A DNA stretch of 64,000 nt from an uncultured Candidatus Rokubacteria bacterium (GCA_963805625.1 CAWDVE010000017.1:32001-96000), one strand, 5' to 3'. Positions 8,726 through 21,038 are shown, counted from the stretch's first letter. Numbers and translations are program-made. Notes: generated by a model from the sequence alone, not told the origin.

Positions 8726-10067
8726 TGTGCCGGTCAAGAACTCCATCTGCTTGTCCTGCCTGAACTTCCCTCATCCCTTCCATCTCCTCCATCGCCGATC
8801 GGGTAGAGTCTCGGTTCAGGCCGTCATGTCTGATGCCGGGGTGCCTCATGCTCTTCGTGCTCGGTCTCTGGACGCTCCTCCGCGCCTTGCGGTTCGGGTC
8901 GGTGGCCATCGCCCTCGAGAATCTCGCCCTGCGCCACCAACTCGAGGTTCTTCGGCGCTCTGTCCCCCGACCCCGGCTCTCCCGTTCGGACCGGATCCTC
9001 TGGGTCTGGCTGTCCCGCTTGTGGACGGGTTGGCGCCACAACCTCCTCATCGTTCAGCCCGCCACCGTCCTCGCCTGGCACCGCCGAGGGTTCCGGCTCT
9101 ACTGGCGGTGGAGGTCCAGGGCCCCCTCAGTGGGCCGCCCGAGGCTCGACCCCGAACTTCGCCATCTCATCCAGCGCATGGCGCGCGAGAATCCCACCTG
9201 GGGCCGCCGCCGCATCCAAGCGGAACTCGCCCTTCTCGGCTACACCGTGGCCGAGCTGACCGTCGCAAAGTACATGCAGCGGACGTCGCCGCGGCCCTCC
9301 CCGACGTGGCGGGCTTTTCTTGCCACGCATGCCCGAGAGATCGTCGCCGTGGACTTCTTCCTCGTGCCGACCCTGACATTTCGCCTCCTGTTCGTCTTCA
9401 TCGGGCTTCGCCACGACCGCCGCGAACTCATCTACGTTAACGTCACGGATCATCCCACGGCCCGCTGGGCCGCGCGCCAACTCATCGAGGCCTTCCCCGA
9501 GGAGACCGCGCCGAAGTACCTTCTCCGAGATCGAGACGCGATCTACGGCGAGGTCTTCACCCGGTGCGTCGACACGATGGGAATCCGGCAGGTGATCACG
9601 GCACCCCGCGCGCCCTGGCAGAACCCCTTCGTGGAGCGGGTGATCGGCTCCATCCGGCGCGAGTGCCTGGATCACGTCCTCATTCTGAGCGAGGCCCACC
9701 TCCGCCGACTCCTGCACGCCTACGCCGCCTACTACAACACCACGCGGCCACACCAATCGCTCGACAACAATAGTCCCCAGCCCCGAGCTATCGAACCTCC
9801 ACCATGCGGCCGGATCATCGCCATGCCTCAGGTCGGCGGACTCCACCACCGATACCAGCGCGCCGCCTGATCACCGCCCACCGCGATTCACCCTTCGCTC
9901 GTTCCTCAGATCCAGCAGGCCGCCGTCAGCACTGTGGCGCTTCACGGGTCGCGTCTGAACCGCCTCCCCTTGCGGCCTTCCCATCTCCGTGGGACATTGC
10001 TCTTCCGGCCCTGGACGGTCAACTCGCCAGCGTGACACTGGCGCCGATGAGGTTTCTAACCAGGACA
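8726..10067 (+). mobile_element. rve-type insertion sequence (IS481/IS3-like, TGT...ACA ends)
   Basis: 22-bp imperfect IRs TGTGCCGGTCAAGAACTCCATC / TGTCCTGGTTAGAAACCTCATC; no matching target duplication. Confidence 0.8.
8833..9870 (+). CDS. Integrase-core (DDE) transposase
   Basis: AVDFF, LLRDRD, PWQNPFVERVIGSIRRECLDH and YYNTTRPHQSL. Confidence 0.92.
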   Translation: MPGCLMLFVLGLWTLLRALRFGSVAIALENLALRHQLEVLRRSVPRPRLSRSDRILWVWLSRLWTGWRHNLLIVQPATVLAWHRRGFRLYWRWRSRAPSVGRPRLDPELRHLIQRMARENPTWGRRRIQAELALLGYTVAELTVAKYMQRTSPRPSPTWRAFLATHAREIVAVDFFLVPTLTFRLLFVFIGLRHDRRELIYVNVTDHPTARWAARQLIEAFPEETAPKYLLRDRDAIYGEVFTRCVDTMGIRQVITAPRAPWQNPFVERVIGSIRRECLDHVLILSEAHLRRLLHAYAAYYNTTRPHQSLDNNSPQPRAIEPPPCGRIIAMPQVGGLHHRYQRAA

Positions 10068-10597
10068 ATAGGCCCGGCGCCCCATGGCCTGCCACCAGTG
10101 GCGAATGCTCGCGACGGCAAACGCCGCCGTGTCGTGGTCGATGCCGACACTGACCCAGCCGGTGTTGGCGCCCAGATCGTAGACCCCGTAGGGAATGGCG
10201 CGCCCCAGCTCCGGCTGCACGAAGTCGTGGACCCGCACCGGCCGAGGCTGCCCGTGGGCCCGCCATTCGCGACCGGCATTCTTGAACGGCCCCACGAGCT
10301 CCTTCTTCTTGGTATCGACAGAGATCGCCGGCTGGCCCTGGCGCAGCGTGGCCTGGACGCGGGCGGCGATGTGCTCGAACTGGGCATTGCGATCGGGGTG
10401 CCGGGTGCCCTCGATCGTCTTCCGATTGGCCTGCAGGCTGTACCCCAACTGCTGGAGCAACGCGGCGACCATCCGATGGCTCGTGCGATGCCCTTGGCGG
10501 GTCAGCTCGGCGGCCAGGCGCCGGACGCTCTTGCAGGTCCACCGCAGCGGGGACTGCGGATCCCCGCGCGTCGTGGGTTCGATCAGCGTTTCCAAGT
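10068..10597 (-). mobile_element. 530-bp internal fragment of ISAzo13
   Basis: Appears identical to 3814..4343 by eye. Confidence 0.9.
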
Positions 10598-10666
10598 GCG
10601 CACTGGCGAGGCGCCGACGCCCTGTTTGCCTTCATCGAGCACGGGCTTGACTCGCGGCGTTCCTCC

Positions 10667-10706
10667 TTGACAGTACAGTACTACTGTACTATTGTACTGA
10701 TACAGT
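10667..10706 (+). promoter_or_regulatory. Sigma-70 promoter with overlapping 24-bp operator (copy 1)
   Basis: TTGACA(10667)-17bp-TATTGT(10690); ACTGTA-N12-TACAGT at 10683-10706; extra palindrome AGTACAGT-N3-ACTGTACT at 10672-10690. Confidence 0.85.
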
Positions 10707-10718
10707 ATGAGGATCCCA

Positions 10719-11828
10719 ATGCGCCTGCGTGTGGATGCCCACAGCCCGATCCCGATCCGCTGGCAGCTGACGGAGCAGCTGAAGCACGTCATCGAGGGCA
10801 ACGGCGTCCCGCGAGAGCAGGCGTTGCCGAGCATCCGGGAGCTGGCGGGCTTCCTCGGCATCAATCCGAACACGGTGGCGCGCGCGATCGAGGATCTGAA
10901 GCGGAGCGGGCACGTGAAAGCGCGGCGGGGCAAGGGGGTGTTTGTGGCCCCCGCGCGGCGCGCCCGCCCGTTCCCGGCTCGCCGCGAGGCCTTCCTGAAG
11001 GATGCGGTGATCCGCGGGGCGGCCCTCGAGATGACCCCCGACGACGTGGCGGTGGGTGTCCTGAGCATGGCTGGCGTCGGGTTGGCCGCCCTCCGGGGGG
11101 CCGCCGCGGTGCTCCTCGTCGAGTGCAGTCCGCCGGAGCTGGACTTCTTTGGGCGGGAACTCGAGGCGCACCTTCCGGTCCGCGTGGACAAGGTGCTCCT
11201 GAAGGACTTGGCGACCACCGTCCGACGGCAGACGGGGGCCCATCACTGGGCCGCTGCGGTCACCAGCTTTGGCCATCTCCCGGAAGTGGAACGCCGGCTG
11301 GACGGCCTGGGGGTCCCGGTGGTCGCGCTCCTCGCCGAGGTGCATCTGGAGACCCTCCACCGCCTGGCCCAGCTGCCGTCAGGGACGCGGATCGGCGTGG
11401 TCTCCGCCGAGCGCGAGACCGCCCACAACCTGGAGCACTCGATCGCCCACGCGGCCCTGCCGAACATCGCGCGGATCGAGGCCGGCCCGGCCGAGGGACC
11501 GGCGCTGAGTCGGCTGGTGCGGCGGGTGGACGCCATCGTCTGTTCCACCGCGGTCGCCGCGCGGGTTCAGGCGCTCGTGGGGCCCACGGTGCCGGTGATC
11601 GTCGACGACCGGGCCCTCAACCAGCGGGCCATCCAGATGCTCGGGGCCATCCTGGCGCAACAGGACGGCGACCACCCGACCGCCACGCCCCCTCTCGCTC
11701 GGGGGCGCCTGGGTCCTCGTCCAGTCCGAGCGTCCCCCGCCAGGCCGCATCCCCGGGGAGACCACAACGGCCCGGTCAGGCAGTGGAGCCATCACCCGAT
11801 GAAGGGAGACGAGTCATGCATGTCGTGA
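10719..11828 (+). CDS. GntR-family regulator (YtrA-like wHTH with long C-terminal domain)
   Basis: LPSIRELAGFLGINPNTVARAIEDL..GHVKARRGKGVFV. The start at 10719 is supported by the second copy at 23144. Confidence 0.9.
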   Translation: MRLRVDAHSPIPIRWQLTEQLKHVIEGNGVPREQALPSIRELAGFLGINPNTVARAIEDLKRSGHVKARRGKGVFVAPARRARPFPARREAFLKDAVIRGAALEMTPDDVAVGVLSMAGVGLAALRGAAAVLLVECSPPELDFFGRELEAHLPVRVDKVLLKDLATTVRRQTGAHHWAAAVTSFGHLPEVERRLDGLGVPVVALLAEVHLETLHRLAQLPSGTRIGVVSAERETAHNLEHSIAHAALPNIARIEAGPAEGPALSRLVRRVDAIVCSTAVAARVQALVGPTVPVIVDDRALNQRAIQMLGAILAQQDGDHPTATPPLARGRLGPRPVRASPARPHPRGDHNGPVRQWSHHPMKGDESCMS

Positions 11829-12067
11829 TGTGGGTGCTCGTGGCGGTGTTGGCCGGCTTGGTGGCCGGGTTCGTCATGAAGCGCGGGGGTTACGGGCGGG
11901 GATGGGACGTCGCCCTCGGACTCATCGGGAGCGTGGTCGTGAGCTGGGTCTTCCAGAGCCCGTGGGTCTCTCCCGACCCGGGCATGATGGCGGTGACCCT
12001 CGTCGCGGCCGCCGGCGCGGCGGGCCTGATCGTCGCCCAGCGCACGATCTTTCCCGCCGGCGCCTAG
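11816..12067 (+). CDS. GlsB/YeaQ/YmgE stress-response membrane protein
   Basis: Three hydrophobic helices, AGLVAG..MKRGGYG..D..LGLIGS; GGAG RBS. Confidence 0.8.
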   Translation: MHVVMWVLVAVLAGLVAGFVMKRGGYGRGWDVALGLIGSVVVSWVFQSPWVSPDPGMMAVTLVAAAGAAGLIVAQRTIFPAGA

Positions 12068-12147
12068 GACCCGTCATGTGGATTGAGTCATCCCGGCGCG
12101 CCGCGCCGGAGTCCGACCAACGTCGTGATCATCGGGGAGGAGCCAAC

Positions 12148-12540
12148 ATGGACGCGAATCGAGACAAGCGGAGTGTGGGACAGCGGTGGAGTGACGCACG
12201 ACCGAGCAAGACCGTGCTCTTCTGGTCTTGCGTCGCGTCGATGGTGCTGACGATGATCGTCGGCTTCAGCTGGGGCGGCTGGGTCACGGGGGGCACGGCC
12301 CGGGCCACGGCGGAGACCATGGCCCACGACGCCGTCGTTACGCGCCTGGCCCCGATCTGTGTCGTCCAATCTGGGCGGGATCCGGCCAACGCCGTGAAGC
12401 TCGTGGCGCTGAAAGACGAGAGCTCGTGGCAGCGCGGCGAGTATATCGGCAAGCAGGGGTGGGCGACGATGCCGGGTGAGCAGGAGCCCGATCGCCGAGT
12501 GGCCGAGATGTGCGCCACACTGCTCATGCCGAGGAGCTAG
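12148..12540 (+). CDS. Membrane-anchored hypothetical protein (GFxWGGW family), paralog 1
   Basis: GGAGG RBS; one TM segment, two conserved Cys; homologous to 15117..15467. Confidence 0.75.
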   Translation: MDANRDKRSVGQRWSDARPSKTVLFWSCVASMVLTMIVGFSWGGWVTGGTARATAETMAHDAVVTRLAPICVVQSGRDPANAVKLVALKDESSWQRGEYIGKQGWATMPGEQEPDRRVAEMCATLLMPRS

Positions 12541-12812
12541 TTCTGGAGCGGCGCCCGAGGAGATGGCTCCCCCCTGGAGCCATCTCCGCCCGACTTCTGG
12601 CCACGATTGGGCGCGTGGAGATGGCCCTCGAGCGCCACGTGCGTCGCCCGGCCCGTCCGCACGCGCGTGCGTGATCGGCCGGCCACCGACGTGGTAAGAA
12701 TCCCGCCCGGATCGGCCCTCACGGCAGAAGAGACGCCGAGCGAGCGGTCGGCGGCTTCAGCGGGAGCTCGAGAACGGGCCGTGCTGTGCGGGGGATCGAG
12801 GAGACCGTGACC

Positions 12813-13298
12813 ATGGAAGAGCCAGAAGACCTGAGGCGGGCCACGGAGCTCTGGCAGGAGGCCTACCGCCACCAGATGGAGGGCGAACTGGATCGCGCCA
12901 TGGAGCGCTACCAGCGGTCCATCGACGTCTACCCCACCGCGGAGGCGCACACCTTCATGGGCTGGGCCCTGAGCGTCCAGGGCCGATTGGACGAGGCCAC
13001 CGACGAGTGCCGCCGGGCGATCGAGATCGACCCGCAATTTGGCAATCCATATAACGACATCGGGGTCTATCTGACGCAGCAGGGCAAACCGGATGAAGCC
13101 ATCCCCTGGCTGGAGAAGGCCAAGCAGGCGACACGCTATGAGCCGCGGCAGTTCCCGTTTATGAACCTGGGTCGGATTTACCTCAGGCAGGGGCGCTGGT
13201 GGGAAGCGCTGCGGGAGTTCGAGGGGGCGGTGCGGTCGGCTCCGGATGACCGTGCCGCTCGCAGGGCGCTCCATGTCCTCCGCGCTCGCTTCAACTGA
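12813..13298 (+). CDS. TPR-repeat protein
   Basis: About four TPR helix pairs (AEAHTFMGWAL, AIEIDPQFGNPYNDIG, PFMNLGRIYL). Confidence 0.85.
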   Translation: MEEPEDLRRATELWQEAYRHQMEGELDRAMERYQRSIDVYPTAEAHTFMGWALSVQGRLDEATDECRRAIEIDPQFGNPYNDIGVYLTQQGKPDEAIPWLEKAKQATRYEPRQFPFMNLGRIYLRQGRWWEALREFEGAVRSAPDDRAARRALHVLRARFN

Positions 13299-13546
13299 CC
13301 CGGTCTGGTGCGGTCACGGTTCACCCTGCCGGGGTCGGAGAGCGGGTGGGGGAAGGTCGAAGGTCAAGCGATACGACGCGATAAAATTCCGTCGCCCCTT
13401 CTGGCCCGACGGTTGCCTGGCCTTCTGGGTTGAGCCCAAACGGTTTCGGCTGGTGTGGCGTCGAGAGGCGACGCTCACGGTGACCGCCTGCGATGAGCCA
13501 GGCGGGTGGCGGCCCGGAATTGGCGACCTCAAGGGGAGGCCCATCG

Positions 13547-14403
13547 ATGGAATCGGCCCTCTACGTCGTCCCGGTGCTCATCATCATCGTCGCGTTCCTG
13601 TCCACGGCGATCAAGGTCCTTCGCGAGTATGAGCGGGCCGTCATCTTCCGGCTCGGCCGGCTGATCGCCGCCAAGGGCCCCGGCCTCGTCCTGCTCATTC
13701 CGCTCGTGGACAAGATGGTCAAGGTGAGCCTGCGCACGCTGGCCATGGAGGTTCCCCCGCAGGATGTGATCACGCGCGACAACGTCTCCGTCAAGGTGAG
13801 CGCGGTGGTGTGAGCGCGGTGGTGTTCTTCCGGGTCCTGGATCCCCGGAACGCCGTGGTCCAGGTCCAGGACTTCCTCTTCGCGACCTCCCAGATCGCCC
13901 AGACGAACCTCCTAGCCTCGCGCGACAAGATCAACCAGCAGCTCCAGCGGATCATCGACGAGCACACGGGTCCCTGGGGGGTGAAGGTGACGACGGTCGA
14001 GGTGAAGCAGGTGGACCTGCCGCAGGACATGCAGCGGGCGATGTCGAAGCAAGCCGAGGCCGAGCGGGGGCGGCGGGCTAAGGTCATCAACGCCGAGGGC
14101 GAGTACCAGGCGGCGGAGAGGCTCGCGCAGGCCGCCCGAGTGCTGGCCGGCACCCCGATCGCCGTCCAGCTCCGGTTTCTGCAGACGATGCGGGAGGTGG
14201 CCTCGGAACGAAACACGACCACCTTCGTCCCCGTGCCCATCGATCTCGTTGCGCCCTTCCTGACCGCGCGCCAGAAGCCGCTCTCGCCCCTGATTCTCGC
14301 CGACGCGCGGAGCGGAGGGCGCGTGGTCGGGTCAGGTCAGGCGAGTGGCGGAGGAGGACGGAGTGCCCGGGTGCTCGGTGAAGACGCGGCTGGACGCCAA
14401 TGA
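13547..14403 (+). pseudogene. Slipin/stomatin (SPFH, band 7) protein, frameshifted
   Basis: [22 protein letters not shown] and QAEAER motifs. A 14-bp tandem duplication (13796-13823) shifts the frame, and about 12 codons are missing after SQIAQT. Confidence 0.85.
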
Positions 14404-14429
14404 ACACCACACTGGGAGGGCGGAACGCG

Positions 14430-15068
14430 ATGCGAACCTGGCGACTCTCGACCCTGGCGGCAGGATTCACGGTCGTGATGACGGGGCCGGGATTCTTGGC
14501 CGACACCGTCCGGGTATTCCGGTATGATGGCGGCCTTCAATGCGGAATGGGGCAGGCCGTGCCCTTGGATGACATGGCGAAGGAGCTCACGGCCGTCAAC
14601 ATCACAGTCCTCTCAAGTGAGAAGCGAGTCGTGCCGGGCTTCATCATCGCCCTGTGTGGCGCCCCGACCGGCACCGCGAACGTCTATGAGATCGCAAAGG
14701 ATGATGTGCCGCGAATCCCGGCTGACCCACAGGGAGTCAAGAGATTTCAGTCCTGGGTGTATGACGATCCCTCACTCGACGTCGCGAAGTATGACGGAAG
14801 CCTGCAATGTGACATGGGGCAACCCGTGTCACTGGACCAAATGGAGAAGGAGTTGCACGCCGCGAACATCGCCGTCGAGGCCAAAGCGAAGAAGGCGGAT
14901 GGGATTCAACACCCCCGGATGTGCGGAGCGTCGACGGGCACGATGAACGTGTATCGGATCAAGACGTCAGACCTGGAGAAGGCTCGAGCATTAGGCTTCG
15001 TTCTGTACATTGAAGGGATCTCGATCGCGAGAGCTCGAGCGGGGAGTCACGTGGCGAGGCGACCCTGA
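14430..15068 (+). CDS. Exported protein with two tandem Cys-containing domains
   Basis: Signal-like N-terminus; two copies of YDGxLQCxMGQxVxLDxM..EL...CGAxTGTxNVYxI. Confidence 0.75.
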   Translation: MRTWRLSTLAAGFTVVMTGPGFLADTVRVFRYDGGLQCGMGQAVPLDDMAKELTAVNITVLSSEKRVVPGFIIALCGAPTGTANVYEIAKDDVPRIPADPQGVKRFQSWVYDDPSLDVAKYDGSLQCDMGQPVSLDQMEKELHAANIAVEAKAKKADGIQHPRMCGASTGTMNVYRIKTSDLEKARALGFVLYIEGISIARARAGSHVARRP

Positions 15069-15116
15069 ACACGTCAGCGATGCAGACCGCGCCGCGCCAT
15101 GGTGGGGTCGGCGCGC

Positions 15117-15467
15117 TCATTTCTTGAAGAGCAGCTCAAGCCCATCGGCACATCCCCGAGCGACCGCATAGCCACCCTCTTTTTGCCCTGGCATCTTGTC
15201 CCAGCCCCCTTTTTCGATGGCTTCCGCTCTCTGCCAGCTCCCGAGTTCCGAGAGTTCTTTCAGTTTCGCTTCGTGGTTCGGTTCCTTCATAAATTGGGCG
15301 ACGCAGATCGCCGCCTGACTCGCCACCACCGCGTCTTGGGTCCTCGTGTGGCTCGTGCTGGAGGTGGTCCAGCCACCCCACGCAAAGCCGAGGATCATGG
15401 CGATGACGGCCCCACAAATCAGGCCCCACACTCCATACTTAATCTTCGCGGTCGTCTCTGGCTTCAT
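15117..15467 (-). CDS. Membrane-anchored hypothetical protein (GFxWGGW family), paralog 2
   Basis: GFAWGGW, ICVAQF, SWQR and GWDKMPG align with 12148..12540. Confidence 0.75.
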   Translation of the reverse strand: MKPETTAKIKYGVWGLICGAVIAMILGFAWGGWTTSSTSHTRTQDAVVASQAAICVAQFMKEPNHEAKLKELSELGSWQRAEAIEKGGWDKMPGQKEGGYAVARGCADGLELLFKK

Positions 15468-15563
15468 CGACACGGCCTCCTGACACTCACGGGAAGTTCT
15501 ATGGACCGATGTCCGCCCCTGTCGTGGCGCGCCGCGATCGGACACTTCCTCTTGATCAGTTTC

Positions 15564-15825
15564 GAGGATCTTGTCAATTGTGTGGAAACAACCTCAGGCG
15601 GCAGCCTTCTCATGGGCGGTGGCCTCGATCGGTGTGACTCGGATCCCATCCGTGTACGGCACGCCCTCCACCACCTTGGCAGGAGCGCGGGGGCCTTCAG
15701 CGTGCGGAAGCGTTGCTCCACGATCCGTCGCATCTTCCCGATGACGGCCGTCGCGGTCGCCACCTTCATGGACCGCGTCGCCGCCGCCGTCCGCAGCCGC
15801 ACCGCCGCAACGAGTCACTCACGAC
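15564..15825 (-). mobile_element. IS256-family 3' remnant
   Basis: VRLRTAAA..KVATATAVI.KM..EQRFRTLKAP is an IS256-like C-terminus; end-like sequence TTTCCACACAATTGACAAGATCCTC. Confidence 0.6.
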
Positions 15826-16106
15826 GACGCCGGCCCGTCGGGTCCAGGGCACGGATCAGGGGCTGACTCGGGCACTGTGTCCCCGGGGTGTGGGGTCCAC
15901 GTCCCCGCGGCATACTCGCGCAAGGCCTGCAGGAGGATCCAGCGGAGCGTGGTCCTCTCGCGCCGGGCGCGGGCCCGTGCGGCCCGTTGAAGACCGCGGG
16001 GCACGCCGCGCACCAGATAGATACCGGTGGTTGCTATCCGAGCCAGCACGCGAGCCGACATGCGGGGGCCCACGCCCCCGGGTGCGTCCACAGGTCGCAC
16101 CATCAT
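15819..16106 (-). CDS. Putative ribbon-helix-helix DNA-binding protein
   Basis: IYLVRGVPRGLQRAARARARRERTTLRWILLQALREYA fits a strand-helix-helix pattern; GAGGAGG RBS. Confidence 0.55.
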   Translation of the reverse strand: MMVRPVDAPGGVGPRMSARVLARIATTGIYLVRGVPRGLQRAARARARRERTTLRWILLQALREYAAGTWTPHPGDTVPESAPDPCPGPDGPASS

Positions 16107-16208
16107 GGTTCCCTCCTCACGCAGAGCGCAGCGGTTCTCCAGACCGTGAAGGCATGCGAGCTCGCCGTGACGAGCGCCCTCGGGCATCGGAGGCCGTTCG
16201 GACACGAA

Positions 16209-16622
16209 TCACGAGAGGGGTATCCGGGAACGAGGGAGTGCACCGTCATCTGTTCGGTCCCGCGTTCGCATCCCCGGCAGCGACAGTCTTCCGGCGAACA
16301 TCAAAAAGTCTGCGACGCCAAAGAGATCGGTATAGGTCGTCCCGTTCCAGCGGAGGGATACGAACGGCTCGGGTGTGTGACGCTCCTCGAAGTCGATCGC
16401 ATACTTCTCGAGAAGGCCCTTTGCCCGGTGTGCGTCCTTGGTGCCATTCAAGTACAACGTCGGCTTGGGGGGCGGATCCGTCCAGTTCATCCCAGGCCTG
16501 AACTCCGTTCGGGAACCGCTCGTCCGCCATGAGGATAAGGGACGCACGAGAATTGGCCCGTGGGCATCCGGTGCTGACCGGCGGATCGAGGTTGGACTGT
16601 GCGCATCCGCGGGCGGATCCAT
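16209..16622 (-). CDS. Hypothetical protein with a Cys-less glutaredoxin-like region
   Basis: GGAG RBS just downstream of operator copy 2; TLY...AHRAKGLLEKYAIDFEE..P...WNG. Confidence 0.55.
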   Translation of the reverse strand: MDPPADAHSPTSIRRSAPDAHGPILVRPLSSWRTSGSRTEFRPGMNWTDPPPKPTLYLNGTKDAHRAKGLLEKYAIDFEERHTPEPFVSLRWNGTTYTDLFGVADFLMFAGRLSLPGMRTRDRTDDGALPRSRIPLS

Positions 16623-16641
16623 CGGGATTCTCCAAGACTGT

Positions 16642-16682
16642 ACTGTATTACTACATTAGTACACTAGAGGACCGTGAGTCAA
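16642..16682 (-). promoter_or_regulatory. Leftward promoter with 24-bp operator (copy 2)
   Basis: On the minus strand TTGACT-18bp-TAATGT; AGTGTA-CTAATGTAGTAA-TACAGT at 16642-16665. Confidence 0.8.
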
Positions 16683-16773
16683 GCGCTCCCCCAATGCCGC
16701 CGCTCCTCTCCGGTGACCGGCGGACCCTCGACGCCCAGCCAGCGGAACCAGTGGACGTGATTGCGATTGTATT

Positions 16774-16797
16774 ACTGTACTAGGATAGTGATACACT
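16774..16797 (+). promoter_or_regulatory. 24-bp operator (copy 3) over the groES promoter
   Basis: ACTGTA-CTAGGATAGTGA-TACACT with TAGGAT at the same offset as the -10 box in the other copies; the -35 is weak. Confidence 0.8.
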
Positions 16798-16857
16798 AGG
16801 AGCGATCGACGCACCACTCACCGCGCTCACACCCGCCAAGAGGGAGGTCCCCGAACC

Positions 16858-19060
<2,203 letters not shown>

Positions 19061-19079
19061 TGAGAGGAGAGGAGTACGC

Positions 19080-20106
19080 ATGGCCCAAGGCGGCTGGGGT
19101 CAGGGACCGATTGATATCGGCCGCGGGTTCACCATTCACCTGCCGTCGTTTTTACAGTCCCGCGCACGGATGGTGCGGCTGGTCGTGATCGCGATTGCCG
19201 TCCTCGTCCTTCTGCTCACCGGCTACTACCAGGTGGAGCCCGACGAGGTGGCCGTGGTCCAGCGCTTCGGCAAGTTCGTGCGTACCACCGACCCCGGTCC
19301 GCACGTCAAGATCCCCTTCGGCGTGGAGACCGTCACCAAGGTCCCGGTGAAGCGGACGCTGAAGATGGAGTTCGGCTTCCGCACCGTGCGGCCCGGCATC
19401 CACACCGAGTTCGCGCCGCCCAGCGACGAGACGCGCGCCGAGTCCATCATGCTCACCGGCGATCTGAACGTGGCGGTGGTCGAGTGGATCGTGCAGTTTC
19501 GCATCAAGGACCCCCGCCAGTTTCTCTTCGACGTGCGCGACGTGCCCAAGACCTTCCGGGACATGTCGGAGGCGGTCATGCGCGAGGTGGTGGGGGACCA
19601 CAGCGTGGACGAGGTCATCACCATCGGCCGTGATGCCATCGGGCTCCAGGCGAAGGAGCAGCTGCAGAAGCTCTGCGACCGCTACGGGATCGGGATTGAC
19701 GTCCAGCAGCTCGTGCTCCAGGACGTGAACCCACCGGACGCGGTGAAGCCGGCCTTCAACGAGGTGAACCAGGCCATCCAGGAGAAGGAGCGGGCCATCA
19801 ACGACGCCTGGGCCGAGTACAACAAGGCGGTGCCGCGGGCGAAGGGCGAGGCGGAGCAGGCGGTGCGCTCGGCCGAGGGCTACGCGCTCGAGCGCGTGAA
19901 CCACGCCGAGGGTGACGCCAAGCGCTTCGACGCGATCTGACGCGGAATACAAGAAGGCCCCCGCGGTCACGCGCCGGCGCATCTACCTCGAGACGATGGC
20001 CCAGCTCCTGCCCAAGCTCGGCCGCAAGCTGATCCTCGACGACAAGGCCAAAGGCATCCTGCCCCTCCTTCAGCTCGACGGTGAGACGAAGGAGGTGAAG
20101 CCGTGA
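19080..20106 (+). CDS. hflK: FtsH modulator HflK with a +1 frameshift near 19939
   Basis: VVQRFGK, MLTGDLN and PPDAVKPAFNEV. ATC-TGAC-GCG becomes I-Y-A if one G is removed, continuing EYKKAPAVTRRRIYLETM. Confidence 0.9.
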
Positions 20107-21038
20107 GGCCCCCGCTTCGCTTCATCGTCGCGGCCGTCATCCTCGTGCTCCTGTTCTCGTCCGTCTACACCGTCTCGGAGACCGAGCAGGCCATTCTCGT
20201 CCAGTTCGGCATGCCGGTGGGCGGTCTCGTCAAGGATCCCGGCCTGCACCTGAAGGTGCCGTTCATCCAGGACGTGCATCGCTTCGACAAGCGCTGGCTG
20301 GAGTTCGACGCCGATCCCCGCGAGATCCCCACCAAGGACAAGAAGTACATCTGGGTGGACACCTATGCGCGGTGGCGCATCGTCGACCCCCTGCGCTTCT
20401 ACCAGGCCGTGCGCGACGAGCGCGGGGCGCAGAGCCGGCTCGACGACGTCGTCCACGGTCAGACGCGCAACGCGGTGGCGTCGTTCGACCTCATCGAGCT
20501 GGTCCGCTCCAGCGACCGGCCCTTCCAGATCACCGAGGAGCTGGAGGGGATCGGCGCCGCCGAGGCCATGGCCAAGATCATGTCGGGCCGCGAGAAGATC
20601 GCCCAGATCGTCCTGAAGAGAGCCGCGGAGATCACGCCCCCCTACGGGATCGAGCTGGAAGACGTGCGCTTCCATCGGATCAACTACGTGGAGACGGTGC
20701 AGCAGAAGGTCTTCGAGCGGATGATCTCGGAGCGGAAGCGGATCGCCGAGCGCAGCCGCTCCGAGGGCCAGGGCCGCGCCGCCGAGATCCGCGGGCAGAA
20801 AGAGCGCGACATGCTGGCCGCCTCGTCGGTCGGCTACAGGACCGCGCAGGAGGTGAAGGGCGCGGCCGACGCCAAGGCCACGGCCATCTACGCCCACGCC
20901 TACAACAAGGACCCGGACTTCTACCAGTTCTGGAAGACGATGGAGACGTTGCACAGCAGCCTGGACGAGAAGACCTGGCTCATTCTCTCCACCGACTCGG
21001 AGCTGCTCAAGTACCTGAAAGACAGCGGCGGGCGCTGA
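20103..21038 (+). CDS. hflC: FtsH modulator HflC
   Basis: PGLHLKVPF, IPTKDKK, VFERMISERKRIA and YNKDPDFYQF; overlaps the hflK stop. Confidence 0.93.
   Translation: MRPPLRFIVAAVILVLLFSSVYTVSETEQAILVQFGMPVGGLVKDPGLHLKVPFIQDVHRFDKRWLEFDADPREIPTKDKKYIWVDTYARWRIVDPLRFYQAVRDERGAQSRLDDVVHGQTRNAVASFDLIELVRSSDRPFQITEELEGIGAAEAMAKIMSGREKIAQIVLKRAAEITPPYGIELEDVRFHRINYVETVQQKVFERMISERKRIAERSRSEGQGRAAEIRGQKERDMLAASSVGYRTAQEVKGAADAKATAIYAHAYNKDPDFYQFWKTMETLHSSLDEKTWLILSTDSELLKYLKDSGGR

Noticed and set aside
19938-19940. Selenocysteine or readthrough at the hflK TGA
   Set aside because: Homology continues in a different frame, so this is a 1-bp insertion.
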